64,000 nucleotides of DNA from an uncultured Planctomycetia bacterium (GCA_964566255.1 CAZMID010000001.1:10799-74798); one strand, 5' to 3'. Positions 25,228-36,907 are shown, numbered from the stretch's first letter. The notes: generated from the letters alone by a model not told the origin. Made by a program: numbers and translations.

Positions 25228-25912
25228 ATCGCCTTTCCCTTTTTTGATATGTGTCTATAGCTAATTTTAAATCACGCTCAGAAAAATCAGGCCATAACTT
25301 TTCAGTCACATAGATCTCAGCATAGGAAATCTGCCATAATAGAAAATTTGATACCCTCATCTCACCACTCGTACGGATTAAAAGATCTGGATCGGGGATA
25401 TTCTTTGTATAAAGGTATTTAGAAAAAAACTTTTCATTTATTTTGGAAGAATCTATATTGCCGTCTTTTGCCATGTTCACTAAGGTCTTTACAGCATTAA
25501 GGATCTCCTCTCTTCCACCGTAACTTAATGCAATATTTAAAGAAAGAGCCTTGTTATTTAAGGTTTTATTTTCAAAATGCTCCATCTTCTCTTTTAATTT
25601 CGGCCAGATCTTATTCTTCTCACCTATAAAAGATAATCTTACATCATTCTCTTCAAAAAGCCTCATCTGGTTATCTAAGAAATTCTCTAATAACCCAAAA
25701 AGGGCTTTTACTTCCTTTCTTGGTCTATGCCAATTTTCGGTAGAAAATGCATAAAGCGTAAGATACTTAACACCGAATTTTATAGAGGTCTTTACTATCC
25801 TTTTTACAGATTCCACTCCCTGTTGGTGCCCCATTATCTTAGGAAGACCTCTTTTTTTGGCCCAACGACCATTTCCATCCATAATTATTGCAATATGAGT
25901 TGGCATATTCAT
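25217..25912 (-). CDS. uppS: Undecaprenyl diphosphate synthase.
   Basis: 231 aa with HIAIIMDGNGRWAKKRGLP and a C-terminal RERRYG, both cis-prenyltransferase signatures. Confidence 0.95.
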   Translation of the reverse strand: MNMPTHIAIIMDGNGRWAKKRGLPKIMGHQQGVESVKRIVKTSIKFGVKYLTLYAFSTENWHRPRKEVKALFGLLENFLDNQMRLFEENDVRLSFIGEKNKIWPKLKEKMEHFENKTLNNKALSLNIALSYGGREEILNAVKTLVNMAKDGNIDSSKINEKFFSKYLYTKNIPDPDLLIRTSGEMRVSNFLLWQISYAEIYVTEKLWPDFSERDLKLAIDTYQKRERRYGR

Positions 25913-25921
25913 AGATTACAT

Positions 25922-25966
25922 ATAAAAAGAAACGCGAATGTGACTAACACGCTTCGCGTCTTTTTA
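25922..25966 (-). terminator. Putative rho-independent terminator between the small membrane-protein gene and uppS. The hairpin is imperfect and flanked by T-tracts on both strands.
   Basis: ACGCGAA (25931-25937) pairs with TTCGCGT (25952-25958) around a longer loop. A5 precedes it and T5 follows it on the plus strand. On the minus transcript the hairpin is followed by UUCUUUUUA. Confidence 0.4.
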
Positions 25967-25994
25967 AAAAGATTAAAATAAAACCTACTATTCT

Positions 25995-26267
25995 TTATTC
26001 TACTTCAGCTCCTGATTTTTTCTTTAAATTATCCAAAGAACTCTTTAAATCATCAATGATATTTGCCTGCTCATTCATCATAATATCAAAGTCTTTCTGT
26101 AGGGCTATTATTTCTTTATCGAGTATTTTTGTCTTTATCCTCTCGGCCTTTAATTGCGAACTAAGACCTACTGCTGTTAAAGCAAAAACAATACACATAA
26201 CACTTACCAAAACCAAGGCTACTATTAAAGGATCTTTTGTAAAAATATTCTTGATCTTTTTTTTCAC
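25995..26267 (-). CDS. Hypothetical small membrane-anchored coiled-coil protein (FtsB/septation-like architecture).
   Basis: 90 aa with an N-terminal TM helix (LIVALVLVSVMCIVFALTAVGL) followed by a heptad-rich segment. It is tightly linked upstream of the OmpA-family gene. Confidence 0.35.
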   Translation of the reverse strand: MKKKIKNIFTKDPLIVALVLVSVMCIVFALTAVGLSSQLKAERIKTKILDKEIIALQKDFDIMMNEQANIIDDLKSSLDNLKKKSGAEVE

Positions 26268-26278
26268 AAATACCTCGG

Positions 26279-27007
26279 TTACTTTTTATACTTCTTTAGA
26301 CGTCTTTCGATCTCTTTCTTTCTTTTTTCTATCTTATCTATATCAGTTTGAATCTTTTCTATATTCTTTGGAAGTACTACTACTTCAACTCTTCTATTTT
26401 GCCTACGACCTTGGACATTACTGTTAGATGCTACAGGTCTATATTCAGCATAACCAGTAGCAGCTATCTTTTTAGGGTCTATATTTTTTTGATCTACCAT
26501 ATAATGAAGAACACTGGTAGCCCTCGCAGTAGAAAGTTCCCAATTAGACTTCCATCCAGAATATTTTATAGGCTTATTATCTGTATGGCCTTCTACTCCT
26601 ATTTCCCTATCTGATAGATTCTTCTTGAGGACATCTGCAAGTTTATTTAATGCCGGGATCCCATCTTTTTTTATCTCTGCCTTACCTGAATCAAAAAGGA
26701 TCTCTGCTAAAAATATAATTGCAAGACCTCTCTCAGCCATCTCTAAGCGTACTGACTTCTCACCTATTTCTTTCTTTAGCCTACTTTCAAGGAGTCTTTT
26801 TGCCTTCGAGAGCTCTGAGATTTCCTTATCTTTTTCCTTCTGTAAGACTTTTAATTTGGCGTTTAATTCCTCAGTTTCAGCATTGAGAGAATCGATCTTT
26901 TCAATATCGCTCCTGCGGCCCGTTTGTAATGTCACTGAACACCCACTAGCCACTAATCCAACCAAAATTATAGGTAGAACAAATAAAAATAGTTTTCTGT
27001 ATAACAT
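26279..27007 (-). CDS. OmpA/MotB-family lipoprotein with a coiled-coil segment; peptidoglycan-associated.
   Basis: The lipobox is LVASGC. The C-terminal OmpA-like domain reads AEILFDSGKAEIK...IGVEGHTDNKP...WELSTARATSV...RRVEVVVL. Confidence 0.8.
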   Translation of the reverse strand: MLYRKLFLFVLPIILVGLVASGCSVTLQTGRRSDIEKIDSLNAETEELNAKLKVLQKEKDKEISELSKAKRLLESRLKKEIGEKSVRLEMAERGLAIIFLAEILFDSGKAEIKKDGIPALNKLADVLKKNLSDREIGVEGHTDNKPIKYSGWKSNWELSTARATSVLHYMVDQKNIDPKKIAATGYAEYRPVASNSNVQGRRQNRRVEVVVLPKNIEKIQTDIDKIEKRKKEIERRLKKYKK

Positions 27008-27032
27008 ATATAACCTCCTGTTTTATCTTATT

Positions 27033-27060
27033 ATAATACGCTAACTATATATAAAGTCAA
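27033..27060 (-). promoter_or_regulatory. Putative sigma70 promoter of the OmpA-family gene (TTGACT-16-TATTAT), with a strong SD downstream.
   Basis: Minus-strand TTGACT (plus agtcaa, 27055-27060) and TATTAT (plus ataata, 27033-27038). A perfect AGGAGG lies 8 nt before the ATG (plus cctcct, 27014-27019). Confidence 0.35.
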
Positions 27061-27079
27061 GACTTTTTAAGTTAATATA

Positions 27080-29170
27080 TTACTTAAAAAGACTATTACT
27101 TATTATAAACGAAGCAAATACAATAGACACCATTGACATTAACTTTATCAAGATATTAAGCGAGGGGCCTGAGGTATCTTTGAAAGGATCGCCCACTGTA
27201 TCTCCTACTACTGCTGCCTTATGAGAAAGTGAACCCTTTCCTCCTTCAGCACCACTTTCAATAAATTTTTTAGCATTATCCCAGGTCCCACCTGAATTAG
27301 CCATCATAATCGCAAGAACAAATCCAGAGACAAGTGCCCCTACTAAAAGTCCAAGACCTGCTTCTATGCCGATTAAAAGCCCTACAACAATAGGTGCAAG
27401 TATTGCTAAAAGAGAAGGAACTATCATTTCCTTCTGGGCGCTTGTAGTAACAATAGTAACGCATTTTGCATAATCTGGATGAACTCTACCTTCCATCAAA
27501 CCTTTAATCTCTCTAAATTGCCTTCTTACCTCTTGCACAATACCTGAAGCAGCCCTTCCGACTGCCTTCATAGTAAGAGAACAAAAAGCAAACGGTAGCA
27601 TGCCTCCTATAAAAAGCCCTGCCAAAAGCCTTGGATTCATTAGATCTGTATTCAAAGACCTACCTAATAAATGTACATGTTCTCTATAAGCAGCTATCAA
27701 TGCCAATGCTGAAAGAGCAGCTGAACCTATTGCAAATCCCTTACCAGTAGCTGCAGTGGTATTCCCTAAGGCGTCTAGGGCATCTGTGCGTTTACGGACT
27801 TCTGGAGCCTGGCGCGACATCTCTGCATTCCCACCTGCATTATCTGCAATAGGACCATAAGCATCTGTTGCCAAAGTAATCCCTAAAGTACTTAGCATAC
27901 CGACTGCAGATATCCCAATACCATAAAGCCCTAAACTAAAATCCTTTGCTCCACCTGAAAGATAAAAACTCGTTAAAATCGCTATTGCAACTATAGCTAC
28001 GGGAATTATCGTAGAAAACATCCCCACGGATAAACCGCTTATAATAACAGTGGCAGGTCCTGTAGCTGCAGATTCTGCTACTCTACGCGTAGGAGAATAT
28101 TTATCTGAAGTAAAATATTCTGTGGAAAGCCCCATTATGATTCCTGCTACTAAACCTGATAAAACTGCCCAATACACTCCTATAAATTCCATTCCTAAAA
28201 CAGTCTTTATAGCAAAATATGATCCTATAGCAATAAGAAGGGCGCTTGTAAAAACCCCTTTTCTCAATGCCTTAAGAAGTACATGTTGATCAGCTTTTTC
28301 TTCTGAACGCACAAAAAGAGTACCTATTAAACTTGCAACTACTCCAATAGCAGCCATTACCATAGGAATAGTAATACCTTTTAAGCTTTTTCCATATTGA
28401 ATAAAAGCAGCTGACCCTAAAGCCATGGTAGCAACAATGGAACCAACATAAGATTCATATAAATCGGCTCCCATGCCAGCAACGTCTCCAACATTATCTC
28501 CGACATTATCTGCGATTACTGCTGGATTTCGAGGATCGTCTTCAGGGATACCAGCTTCTACTTTTCCGACGAGGTCTGCTCCTACATCTGCTGCCTTTGT
28601 AAAAATTCCTCCGCCTACCCTCGCAAAAAGCGCCATAGAACTTGCGCCCATACCAAAATTAAGCATTGTACTTGTAATATTCTGTATCCTTACAGACTCT
28701 TCAAGCCCCCTATAATACCAATCCAGAAAATAATACCATATACTTAGATCTAATAGACCTAACCCAACAACCATAAGTCCCATAACGGCTCCACCTGAGA
28801 ACGCAACCTGAAGGGCTCTATTTAAACTGCTTTTTGCAGCATTTGCCGTCCTAGAACTTGCGCGGGTAGCAACACTCATACCTATAAATCCGCAAAGCCC
28901 TGAAAAAAATCCACCTGTCAAAAACGCAAACGGTACAAATATTATAAGGTATCCCCTTAAATAAAGAATAAATAATATACAAAAAGAAACTGCAAAAAAT
29001 AATCCTACAATCAGATATTGTCTTTTGATATAAGCATATGCACCTTCTCTAACCCAAGAAGCGATCTCTTTCATCTGAGACGTACCTTCATCAAAACGCA
29101 TTATCTTCCAGATAAGAAAAATAGAAAAAAATATTGCTAATATCGATCCTATAGGTGCTAAAAATAACAT
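27080..29170 (-). CDS. hppA: Membrane-bound H+/Na+-translocating pyrophosphatase (V-PPase).
   Basis: 696 aa polytopic protein carrying GGIFTKAADVGADLVGKVE, DNVGDNVGDVAGMGADL and EMSRQAPEVRKRTDALDALGNTTAATGKG, the V-PPase signatures. Confidence 0.9.
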   Translation of the reverse strand: MLFLAPIGSILAIFFSIFLIWKIMRFDEGTSQMKEIASWVREGAYAYIKRQYLIVGLFFAVSFCILFILYLRGYLIIFVPFAFLTGGFFSGLCGFIGMSVATRASSRTANAAKSSLNRALQVAFSGGAVMGLMVVGLGLLDLSIWYYFLDWYYRGLEESVRIQNITSTMLNFGMGASSMALFARVGGGIFTKAADVGADLVGKVEAGIPEDDPRNPAVIADNVGDNVGDVAGMGADLYESYVGSIVATMALGSAAFIQYGKSLKGITIPMVMAAIGVVASLIGTLFVRSEEKADQHVLLKALRKGVFTSALLIAIGSYFAIKTVLGMEFIGVYWAVLSGLVAGIIMGLSTEYFTSDKYSPTRRVAESAATGPATVIISGLSVGMFSTIIPVAIVAIAILTSFYLSGGAKDFSLGLYGIGISAVGMLSTLGITLATDAYGPIADNAGGNAEMSRQAPEVRKRTDALDALGNTTAATGKGFAIGSAALSALALIAAYREHVHLLGRSLNTDLMNPRLLAGLFIGGMLPFAFCSLTMKAVGRAASGIVQEVRRQFREIKGLMEGRVHPDYAKCVTIVTTSAQKEMIVPSLLAILAPIVVGLLIGIEAGLGLLVGALVSGFVLAIMMANSGGTWDNAKKFIESGAEGGKGSLSHKAAVVGDTVGDPFKDTSGPSLNILIKLMSMVSIVFASFIISNSLFK

Positions 29171-29180
29171 CCTACCTCCT

Positions 29181-30443
<1,263 letters not shown>

Positions 30444-30461
30444 TTAGCCTCTATAGGGCCT

Positions 30462-31697
30462 CTATGGGCTCATTGTAAAAATTTTCTCTGCTATCTCTGG
30501 ATATCTAGCTATAAACCTCAGCTCGTCATGCGTGAGGGGCTGCTGAGTATGTACATTGGCATATCTTACTAATTCAAGCACTCTAGTGGCCTCTTTATCA
30601 TTCTTAAATTTTATCTCAAGCCTCTCATAAACATTCCTGAATCCCTTAATACCACTATATTCACCAGCTGTGATTTGTCTTCCAGTTTCGATAAGCTCTG
30701 GGTCACCCCTACCTAACTCTTCAAAATCATACAGTTCATAATTACGCCTGTCTTTTAATGCCCCATCTGCATGAATGCCGGACTCATGGGCAAATGCGTT
30801 TGCTCCAACACCTGGCTGATTTATAGGTAAAGGAACTCTAAATGCATACGAGGCATACTTTGCAATCTTCCATGCATGATCCAACTTAATTCTTTCATCA
30901 AGGCGGTATTTTCCTTTAAATCCACTTGAATATTTTAAAGCTAACAGTACAGAAACAAGGTCTGCATTTCCAGCTCTTTCTCCCATGCCATTGACAGTAG
31001 TATTTATATAGGCATCGCACCCTGCATCTATTGCTGCCTTTGCCCCTGCAATAGAACATGCTACTACCATACCAAGGTCATTATGACAATGAAGCTCTAT
31101 TGGTAACCTTACTTCACTAGCGAGTATCTTTACTCTCTTATAAATCGTAAAAGGATCATCAAAACCAAGTGTATCGCAATATCTTATCCTATCTGCACCA
31201 TGGTCCTTGGCTAATTTAGCAAATTTTATAAGGTAAGTCATGTCTGTACGTGATGCATCCTCTGCGTTCACGCCTATTATCTTAAGTTTTCTTTTTCTTG
31301 CATAATCCAAAGCCTCGACCATCATTGATAAAACATCTTTTCTTGTCTTCTTTCCTTGAAATTTACCTTTAGTCATCTGTTCAGATGTGGATATGGAAAG
31401 ATTTATATTCTTTACATCTGTTAATTCAAGTGCCTTTTTAACATCTTCTTTAATGGCCCTTACCCAGCCATTTAAGACGATAGGCTTTAATACACCTTTA
31501 CGTACAAGTTCAAGATTGGCATTCAGATAATTAGTTTCATGATGTGTAACTGGAAAACCAAACTCGCTGCCAAATACTCCCATTTCATTCAATAAAATAT
31601 TTATCATGGTCTTCTGAAGTTTTGCAAGGCCGAGCCTGGAAGTCTGTACGCCATCCCTATTGGTAACATCAATAATATAAATTTTATTATTCTTCAT
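30462..31697 (-). CDS. HMGL-like-family synthase: isopropylmalate, homocitrate or citramalate synthase type, catalytic barrel only.
   Basis: 411 aa with IIDVTNRDGVQTS and HCHNDLGMVVACSIAGAKAAIDAGCDAYINTTVNGMGERAGNADL. It lacks the LeuA regulatory C-terminal domain. Confidence 0.7.
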   Translation of the reverse strand: MKNNKIYIIDVTNRDGVQTSRLGLAKLQKTMINILLNEMGVFGSEFGFPVTHHETNYLNANLELVRKGVLKPIVLNGWVRAIKEDVKKALELTDVKNINLSISTSEQMTKGKFQGKKTRKDVLSMMVEALDYARKRKLKIIGVNAEDASRTDMTYLIKFAKLAKDHGADRIRYCDTLGFDDPFTIYKRVKILASEVRLPIELHCHNDLGMVVACSIAGAKAAIDAGCDAYINTTVNGMGERAGNADLVSVLLALKYSSGFKGKYRLDERIKLDHAWKIAKYASYAFRVPLPINQPGVGANAFAHESGIHADGALKDRRNYELYDFEELGRGDPELIETGRQITAGEYSGIKGFRNVYERLEIKFKNDKEATRVLELVRYANVHTQQPLTHDELRFIARYPEIAEKIFTMSP

Positions 31698-31708
31698 AAA
31701 TTATCTCC

Positions 31709-33292
31709 TTAAAGCTTTATTAGTTTTGCATCCAGAATATTTTTAGCTTTTTTTATCTCAGTAAGTAATTTTTCAGGGATAGCACCATCAACATTTAAAA
31801 CAGAAAGTGTTTTTCCTCCGCGTTTTTCACGACCAAATGTCATTGCAGCAATATTTATATTGTTACTTCCTAAAATAGTACCTATTTTACCAATAATACC
31901 GGGGACATCTATATTTTTGGCAACTAACATATAACCTTCGGGTATGGCATCCACATGAAACTGGTCTATCTTTACGATTCTAGCGTCTTTAGCTGTAAAT
32001 AATGTCCCTGTTACAGAAGCTGAATCTTTATCAGTCTTTACTTCAACGGTAATGAGGTTTGTGTATTCTTCGAGTTCTGTAGTCTTTGATTCCCTAACCT
32101 TTATACCTCTTTCTTTTGCTACAATGAGGGAATTTACGTAATTAACCGTCTCTTGAAGTATTGGAGTAAGAGCTCCTTTTACAACTGCTACTGTCATTGG
32201 AGAAGAAGCATATTTGGCAATCTCACCTGAATATTTTATACCTATCTCTAAAATCCTACCTTTAGCAATCTGAGCAACTAAAGAACCCATCTTTTCACTA
32301 AGCTCTACATAAGGTTGAACAATTCTATAAAGCTCTGCATCAAGACAAGGTACATTTACTGCATTCCTTATACCACAACCAAGTAATGCATCTTTTGCGC
32401 TATTGGCAATATCAATTGCTACATTGACCTGCGCTTCTTCGGTAGAAGCTCCTAAGTGTGGTGTAAGGATAGCTTCATCACACTTAAGTAAAGGGTTATC
32501 TTTTGGTGGTTCTTTTTCATAGACGTCTAGTGCTACACCTGCTATCTTCTTGCTTTTTATGCCTTCAAGGATGGCACCTTCATCTACTATGCCTCCCCTT
32601 GCACAATTTACAATACGAACACCATCTTTCATGCTCTTTAATGCCTTCTTACCAATAATATATTTTGTCTCACTTGTCATAGGAGTATGTACTGTTATAT
32701 AATCTGCTCTTTTAAATAACTCTTTTAATTCAACTGATTCAACCCCTGACTGTTTTGCCTTATCCAAAGATAAAAATGGATCATATGCAACTATCTTCAT
32801 ACCAAAACTGGTTGCTCGTCTTGCAACCTCATTACCAATCCTACCAAGGCCTATAATTCCTAAGGTCTTTCCGTATAACTCTACTCCCATGAATTTTTTC
32901 CTTAGCCATTCACCCTTTTTTGTAGATGAATCTGCCTGGGAGATATTTCTAGATAGAGCTAATATCAAAGACATTGTATGTTCAGCAGTGGAAATTGTAT
33001 TCCCACCAGGGGTATTCATTACAATAATCCCTCGTTTGGATGCAGCCTCTAGATCAACATTATCAAGTCCTACGCCAGCCCTACCTATTACCTTTAATTT
33101 ATCTGCCTTTTCAATGATCTCTTTTGTAACCTTAGTACCACTTCTTACTAAAAGGGCGTGATAATCCTTAATAATCTTTTTTAGTTCTTCTGGTGGAAGC
33201 TTAAGTTTTACATCCACCTTAAATTCTTTTACTTTCTTTAGGATCTCAATACCTTCTTCTGCCAGAGAATCACTGATAAGTATCTTAAACAT
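31709..33292 (-). CDS. serA: D-3-phosphoglycerate dehydrogenase with a C-terminal ACT domain.
   Basis: 527 aa with a 2-hydroxyacid dehydrogenase NAD-binding region (GIIGLGRIGNEVARRA) and catalytic R/E/H residues, plus a C-terminal ACT region. Confidence 0.9.
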   Translation of the reverse strand: MFKILISDSLAEEGIEILKKVKEFKVDVKLKLPPEELKKIIKDYHALLVRSGTKVTKEIIEKADKLKVIGRAGVGLDNVDLEAASKRGIIVMNTPGGNTISTAEHTMSLILALSRNISQADSSTKKGEWLRKKFMGVELYGKTLGIIGLGRIGNEVARRATSFGMKIVAYDPFLSLDKAKQSGVESVELKELFKRADYITVHTPMTSETKYIIGKKALKSMKDGVRIVNCARGGIVDEGAILEGIKSKKIAGVALDVYEKEPPKDNPLLKCDEAILTPHLGASTEEAQVNVAIDIANSAKDALLGCGIRNAVNVPCLDAELYRIVQPYVELSEKMGSLVAQIAKGRILEIGIKYSGEIAKYASSPMTVAVVKGALTPILQETVNYVNSLIVAKERGIKVRESKTTELEEYTNLITVEVKTDKDSASVTGTLFTAKDARIVKIDQFHVDAIPEGYMLVAKNIDVPGIIGKIGTILGSNNINIAAMTFGREKRGGKTLSVLNVDGAIPEKLLTEIKKAKNILDAKLIKL

Positions 33293-33309
33293 ATAGATTT
33301 CTCCTTTTC

Positions 33310-34446
33310 CTACTTAAGTGCTCCTTCAAGCGCCTTGATACCGGCACCTTTATTAAATTTATATCCTAACTCTAAAAGCACAGTTTCAAGAGTTTTAATA
33401 CCTACTTTTAAATCATCTATAGTAATATAACCCATTGTGGCTATTCTAAAAATCTTTCCTTTTACATGTGCCTGTCCACCAGCAATCGCTACGCCATATT
33501 TATCCCGCATCGTCTTTACAAGCTTTACTCCATCAATTCCTTCAGGGACTTTGACAGCTGTAACTGCATCTGAATATGCATCTGGTGCAAAAAGTTCTAA
33601 TCCAAGTGCCTTAACAGCATCTCTAACAGCCTTGGCATTTTTTTTATGACGATTTAGGGTATTTTCAAGGCCGTCTTTTTTAATTATTTTTAATGCCTCG
33701 TTTAAACCAATAATAAGGTTTACTGCAGGTGTATAAGGTGTATCATTTTTCTCTATTGATTTTTTATGCAAAAGGAAATTAAAATAATATTTTGGTAGAG
33801 TTGATTTTTTAACCAATTCCCACGCCTTATTACTTAAAGTTACAAATGAAAGGCCTGGTGGTATCATAAGACCTTTCTGTGAACCAGATACTACGATATC
33901 TATACCCCATTCATCTGTCTTTAATGGAACTGCTCCAAGTGCACTTATTGCATCAACTACTAAAACTGCCTTAAAATTCTTAGTAATGCTGGCAATCTCT
34001 TTTATGTCAGTTGAGACCCCTGTAGAAGTCTCACACAAAGTCACATAAACTGCCTTTACATTATCTTTTTCTTTTTCCAAAATAGATTTTATATCTTGAG
34101 GATTAACCTTTTTACCCCATTCTAAATCTATATCTATAGATTCTATCCCGTAGGCACCACATAATTCTGACCATCTTTCTCCGAATTTTCCACCTTTAAC
34201 AACTATCGCTTTATCTCCGGGAGAAAGTAAATTACAAACACTGGCTTCCATTGCACCTGTCCCACTCGAAGAAAATATAAGTACATTTTCTTTTGTTTCA
34301 AATACATACTTTAAATCTTCTTCAACCTCTTTCAATATCTCCTGAAACTGGCCAGTCCTATGATGTATTATAGGTCTTGCCATTGCACTGAGTGCTTCAG
34401 GTGGAACTGGAGTTGGACCCGGGGTAAGTAAATAATTTTTCTGCAT
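33310..34446 (-). CDS. Class V aminotransferase, AGXT type. The most likely function is phosphoserine aminotransferase, given the adjacent serA.
   Basis: 378 aa starting MQKNYLLTPGPTPVPPEALSAMARPIIHHR, with a PLP-lysine region SGSQKGLMIPPGLSF. Confidence 0.75.
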   Translation of the reverse strand: MQKNYLLTPGPTPVPPEALSAMARPIIHHRTGQFQEILKEVEEDLKYVFETKENVLIFSSSGTGAMEASVCNLLSPGDKAIVVKGGKFGERWSELCGAYGIESIDIDLEWGKKVNPQDIKSILEKEKDNVKAVYVTLCETSTGVSTDIKEIASITKNFKAVLVVDAISALGAVPLKTDEWGIDIVVSGSQKGLMIPPGLSFVTLSNKAWELVKKSTLPKYYFNFLLHKKSIEKNDTPYTPAVNLIIGLNEALKIIKKDGLENTLNRHKKNAKAVRDAVKALGLELFAPDAYSDAVTAVKVPEGIDGVKLVKTMRDKYGVAIAGGQAHVKGKIFRIATMGYITIDDLKVGIKTLETVLLELGYKFNKGAGIKALEGALK

Positions 34447-34463
34447 AATAACCTTTCAGTAAG

Positions 34464-35063
34464 TTACTTCTTTTTCTTTTTCGGGCTCACGATAACTTCA
34501 TCTATGAGTCCATAGGATTTTGCCTCATCTGCAGACATAAAATAATCCCTATCTGTATCCTTCTGGATCTTATCTAATTTTTGACCTGTATGTTTTGCAA
34601 GTATTTCATTGATTCTATCGCGCATCTTTAAAATCTCTTTTGCCTGTATCTTTATATCTGAGGCTTGACCTTGTACTCCACCCCATGGCTGATGTATCAT
34701 AACTCTTGAATTAGGTAGGGCAAAACGTTTTCCTTTTGCACCAGCTGCCAGGATTAAAGCTCCCATACTAGTTGCCTGCCCCATACAATATGTACAGACA
34801 TCTGGCTTTACAAACTGCATTGTATCATACATTGCAAGCCCCGCAGTTACAACACCGCCTGGGCTATTTACATAAATATTTATATCCCTATCAGGATCTT
34901 CTGTCTGCAGGAAAAGTAATTGAGCAATTACCAGATTAGCAACTGTATCATCTATTACAGAGCCGATAAAGATAACTCTATCTTTTAGTAGCCTTGAATA
35001 GATATCATATGCTCTTTCTCCTCTTTCCGACTGCTCCACTACTATAGGAACCAGTATAGACAT
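34464..35063 (-). CDS. clpP: ATP-dependent Clp protease proteolytic subunit.
   Basis: 199 aa with [22 protein letters not shown] and the catalytic Ser (GQATSMGA), His and Asp context. Confidence 0.95.
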   Translation of the reverse strand: MSILVPIVVEQSERGERAYDIYSRLLKDRVIFIGSVIDDTVANLVIAQLLFLQTEDPDRDINIYVNSPGGVVTAGLAMYDTMQFVKPDVCTYCMGQATSMGALILAAGAKGKRFALPNSRVMIHQPWGGVQGQASDIKIQAKEILKMRDRINEILAKHTGQKLDKIQKDTDRDYFMSADEAKSYGLIDEVIVSPKKKKK

Positions 35064-35093
35064 TTCCTACCCCCTTCTGTTATAGGTATTATT

Positions 35094-36152
35094 TTAAGCT
35101 AAACTAATTTTTGCTTCTTTCAATAAAAAATCTATTACTTTTTTGTTTCTTAAATTAAGAGCTATTTCATCAAGCATGTGATTTTTTGACAACTCTTTTC
35201 TTATCTCTTCTTTTGTCTTTTTATATTGAGTAGCAATATCTTCAATGTGTTTTTCAAACTCTTCTTCTTTTATTTGTATCTTTTCAGCCTGAGCTATTTT
35301 GTCCAGTATAAAAAATGCCCTTACCTGACGGATCGCTTGTTTAAGAGAATCTTCTTCTAGTTCTTTTTTATCTTTATCGCTTAATTTAAATTTTTTATCA
35401 GATTTTTCATTTTTCTGAAGGGCTTCCATATATGCAATTCTCATATTGGCTTCTTTCGTCAATCTATTTTTTTCAGCATTAACTAACGATTCGGGGATTT
35501 CAAAGTTTAATCCTTCAATAAGCTGATTTATGAGTTGTACTTCTAAATCAGCTTCCATATCTCTTTGAAGTCTTTGCCCTAAATTATCTTTGACAGCTAC
35601 TTTTAATTTTTCTAAATTTTCAAAACCTAAATCCTTGGCAAACTCATCATCTAACTTTGGTAGGACTTTTTCTTTTTCTTCGCTATCTTTCTTGGGTGTT
35701 TTTTGAGCATTCATCTCTCTTAAAGATTCAAGATTCTTCTGAACATCCTCTTCTTTTACCTCAGTTTTTTTCTTTTTTAACTTTAATCCCTTGTAGTTCT
35801 TCAGGGAAAATTCTGGTCTTGATTCAATACTGGCTTTATAAGAGAGTCCCTCTTTTAGATCAAGCTTTACATCGGTTATATCAGGATAACCTATAGGATC
35901 TAACTTGTGTTCTTCTAAGATTTTTCTATATGTCTGAGGAATAATACGTTTCATAAGCTCTTCCTCTGCGGTCTTTTTATAATGTTTCTCTAGTAAATCC
36001 TTTGGTACCTTTCCAACTCTAAAACCCGGTACCTTAGCATGCCTAGCTATACTATCATAGACCTTATCGAGTTCTAGCTTTACTTTATCAGAAGAAAGCT
36101 TTACTTCTACGATTTTTTTACAATTTTTTAGTTTTTTAATACTTGATTTCAT
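35094..36152 (-). CDS. tig: Trigger factor, a short form of about 352 aa.
   Basis: The N-terminal ribosome-binding domain carries the GFRVGKVP signature. It is in the tig-clpP arrangement. It is shorter than the typical ~430 aa. Confidence 0.8.
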   Translation of the reverse strand: MKSSIKKLKNCKKIVEVKLSSDKVKLELDKVYDSIARHAKVPGFRVGKVPKDLLEKHYKKTAEEELMKRIIPQTYRKILEEHKLDPIGYPDITDVKLDLKEGLSYKASIESRPEFSLKNYKGLKLKKKKTEVKEEDVQKNLESLREMNAQKTPKKDSEEKEKVLPKLDDEFAKDLGFENLEKLKVAVKDNLGQRLQRDMEADLEVQLINQLIEGLNFEIPESLVNAEKNRLTKEANMRIAYMEALQKNEKSDKKFKLSDKDKKELEEDSLKQAIRQVRAFFILDKIAQAEKIQIKEEEFEKHIEDIATQYKKTKEEIRKELSKNHMLDEIALNLRNKKVIDFLLKEAKISLA

Positions 36153-36154
36153 GG

Positions 36155-36907
36155 TTACATTCGGAATTTCTCACCCAAGTAGATCTTGCGTGCCTTTGGA
36201 TCATTAATCAGATCTTTCTCTTTACCTGATATAAGTATCCTTCCTTCTGCCATTATATACGAACGGTCAGTTATTTCAAGTGTTTCCCTTACATTATGAT
36301 CTGTAAGAAGAATACCTAAGCCTTTCTTCTTAAGATCAGCTATAATCTCTTGTGCATCAGCTACTGCAATTGGATCTATACCACTAAACGGCTCATCCAG
36401 AAGAATGAATAAGGGATTCCCTACTAAGGCCCTTGTTATCTCCAATCTGCGCCTTTCTCCCCCTGAAAGCATATAAGATTTTTTCTTTGAAAGATGTTCA
36501 ATATGTAATTCTGAAAGAAGTTCCTTTGATCTTTTTCTTCTAACAGACCTTGGTAGACTTAATGTTTCGAGTATTGCCATTATGTTTTCTTCTACAGTAA
36601 GTTTTCTGAATATAGACGGCTCCTGTGAAAGATATCCTATCCCGCTACGAGCCCTCCTATACATCGCTAACTTAGTAATATCTTTATTATCGAATATAAT
36701 CCTTCCTTTATCAGGCTTCAACATCCCTACTACCATATAGAACGTTGTAGTTTTCCCTGCACCATTAGGACCTAAGAGCCCAACGACTTCGCCTCTTTTT
36801 ATTTTCATATTTACATCATTTACTACTTTTTTACCGTCGTAGGACTTTGTAAGGTTTTCTATTTTCAATAAGTGTTCGTCAGTATTTTGTTTTTTCATTT
36901 TTGACAA
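36155..36907 (-). CDS. lptB: LPS export ABC transporter ATP-binding protein.
   Basis: 250 aa with Walker A GPNGAGKTTTF, signature LSGGERRR and Walker B ILLDEP. The C-terminal KIYLGEKFRM is LptB-like. The adjacent upstream gene is OstA-like. Confidence 0.85.
   Translation of the reverse strand: MSKMKKQNTDEHLLKIENLTKSYDGKKVVNDVNMKIKRGEVVGLLGPNGAGKTTTFYMVVGMLKPDKGRIIFDNKDITKLAMYRRARSGIGYLSQEPSIFRKLTVEENIMAILETLSLPRSVRRKRSKELLSELHIEHLSKKKSYMLSGGERRRLEITRALVGNPLFILLDEPFSGIDPIAVADAQEIIADLKKKGLGILLTDHNVRETLEITDRSYIMAEGRILISGKEKDLINDPKARKIYLGEKFRM

Noticed and set aside
25913-25994. A strong terminator call upstream of uppS.
   Set aside because: The stem is only 7 bp with a 14-nt loop. It is kept as a low-confidence feature rather than a firm call.
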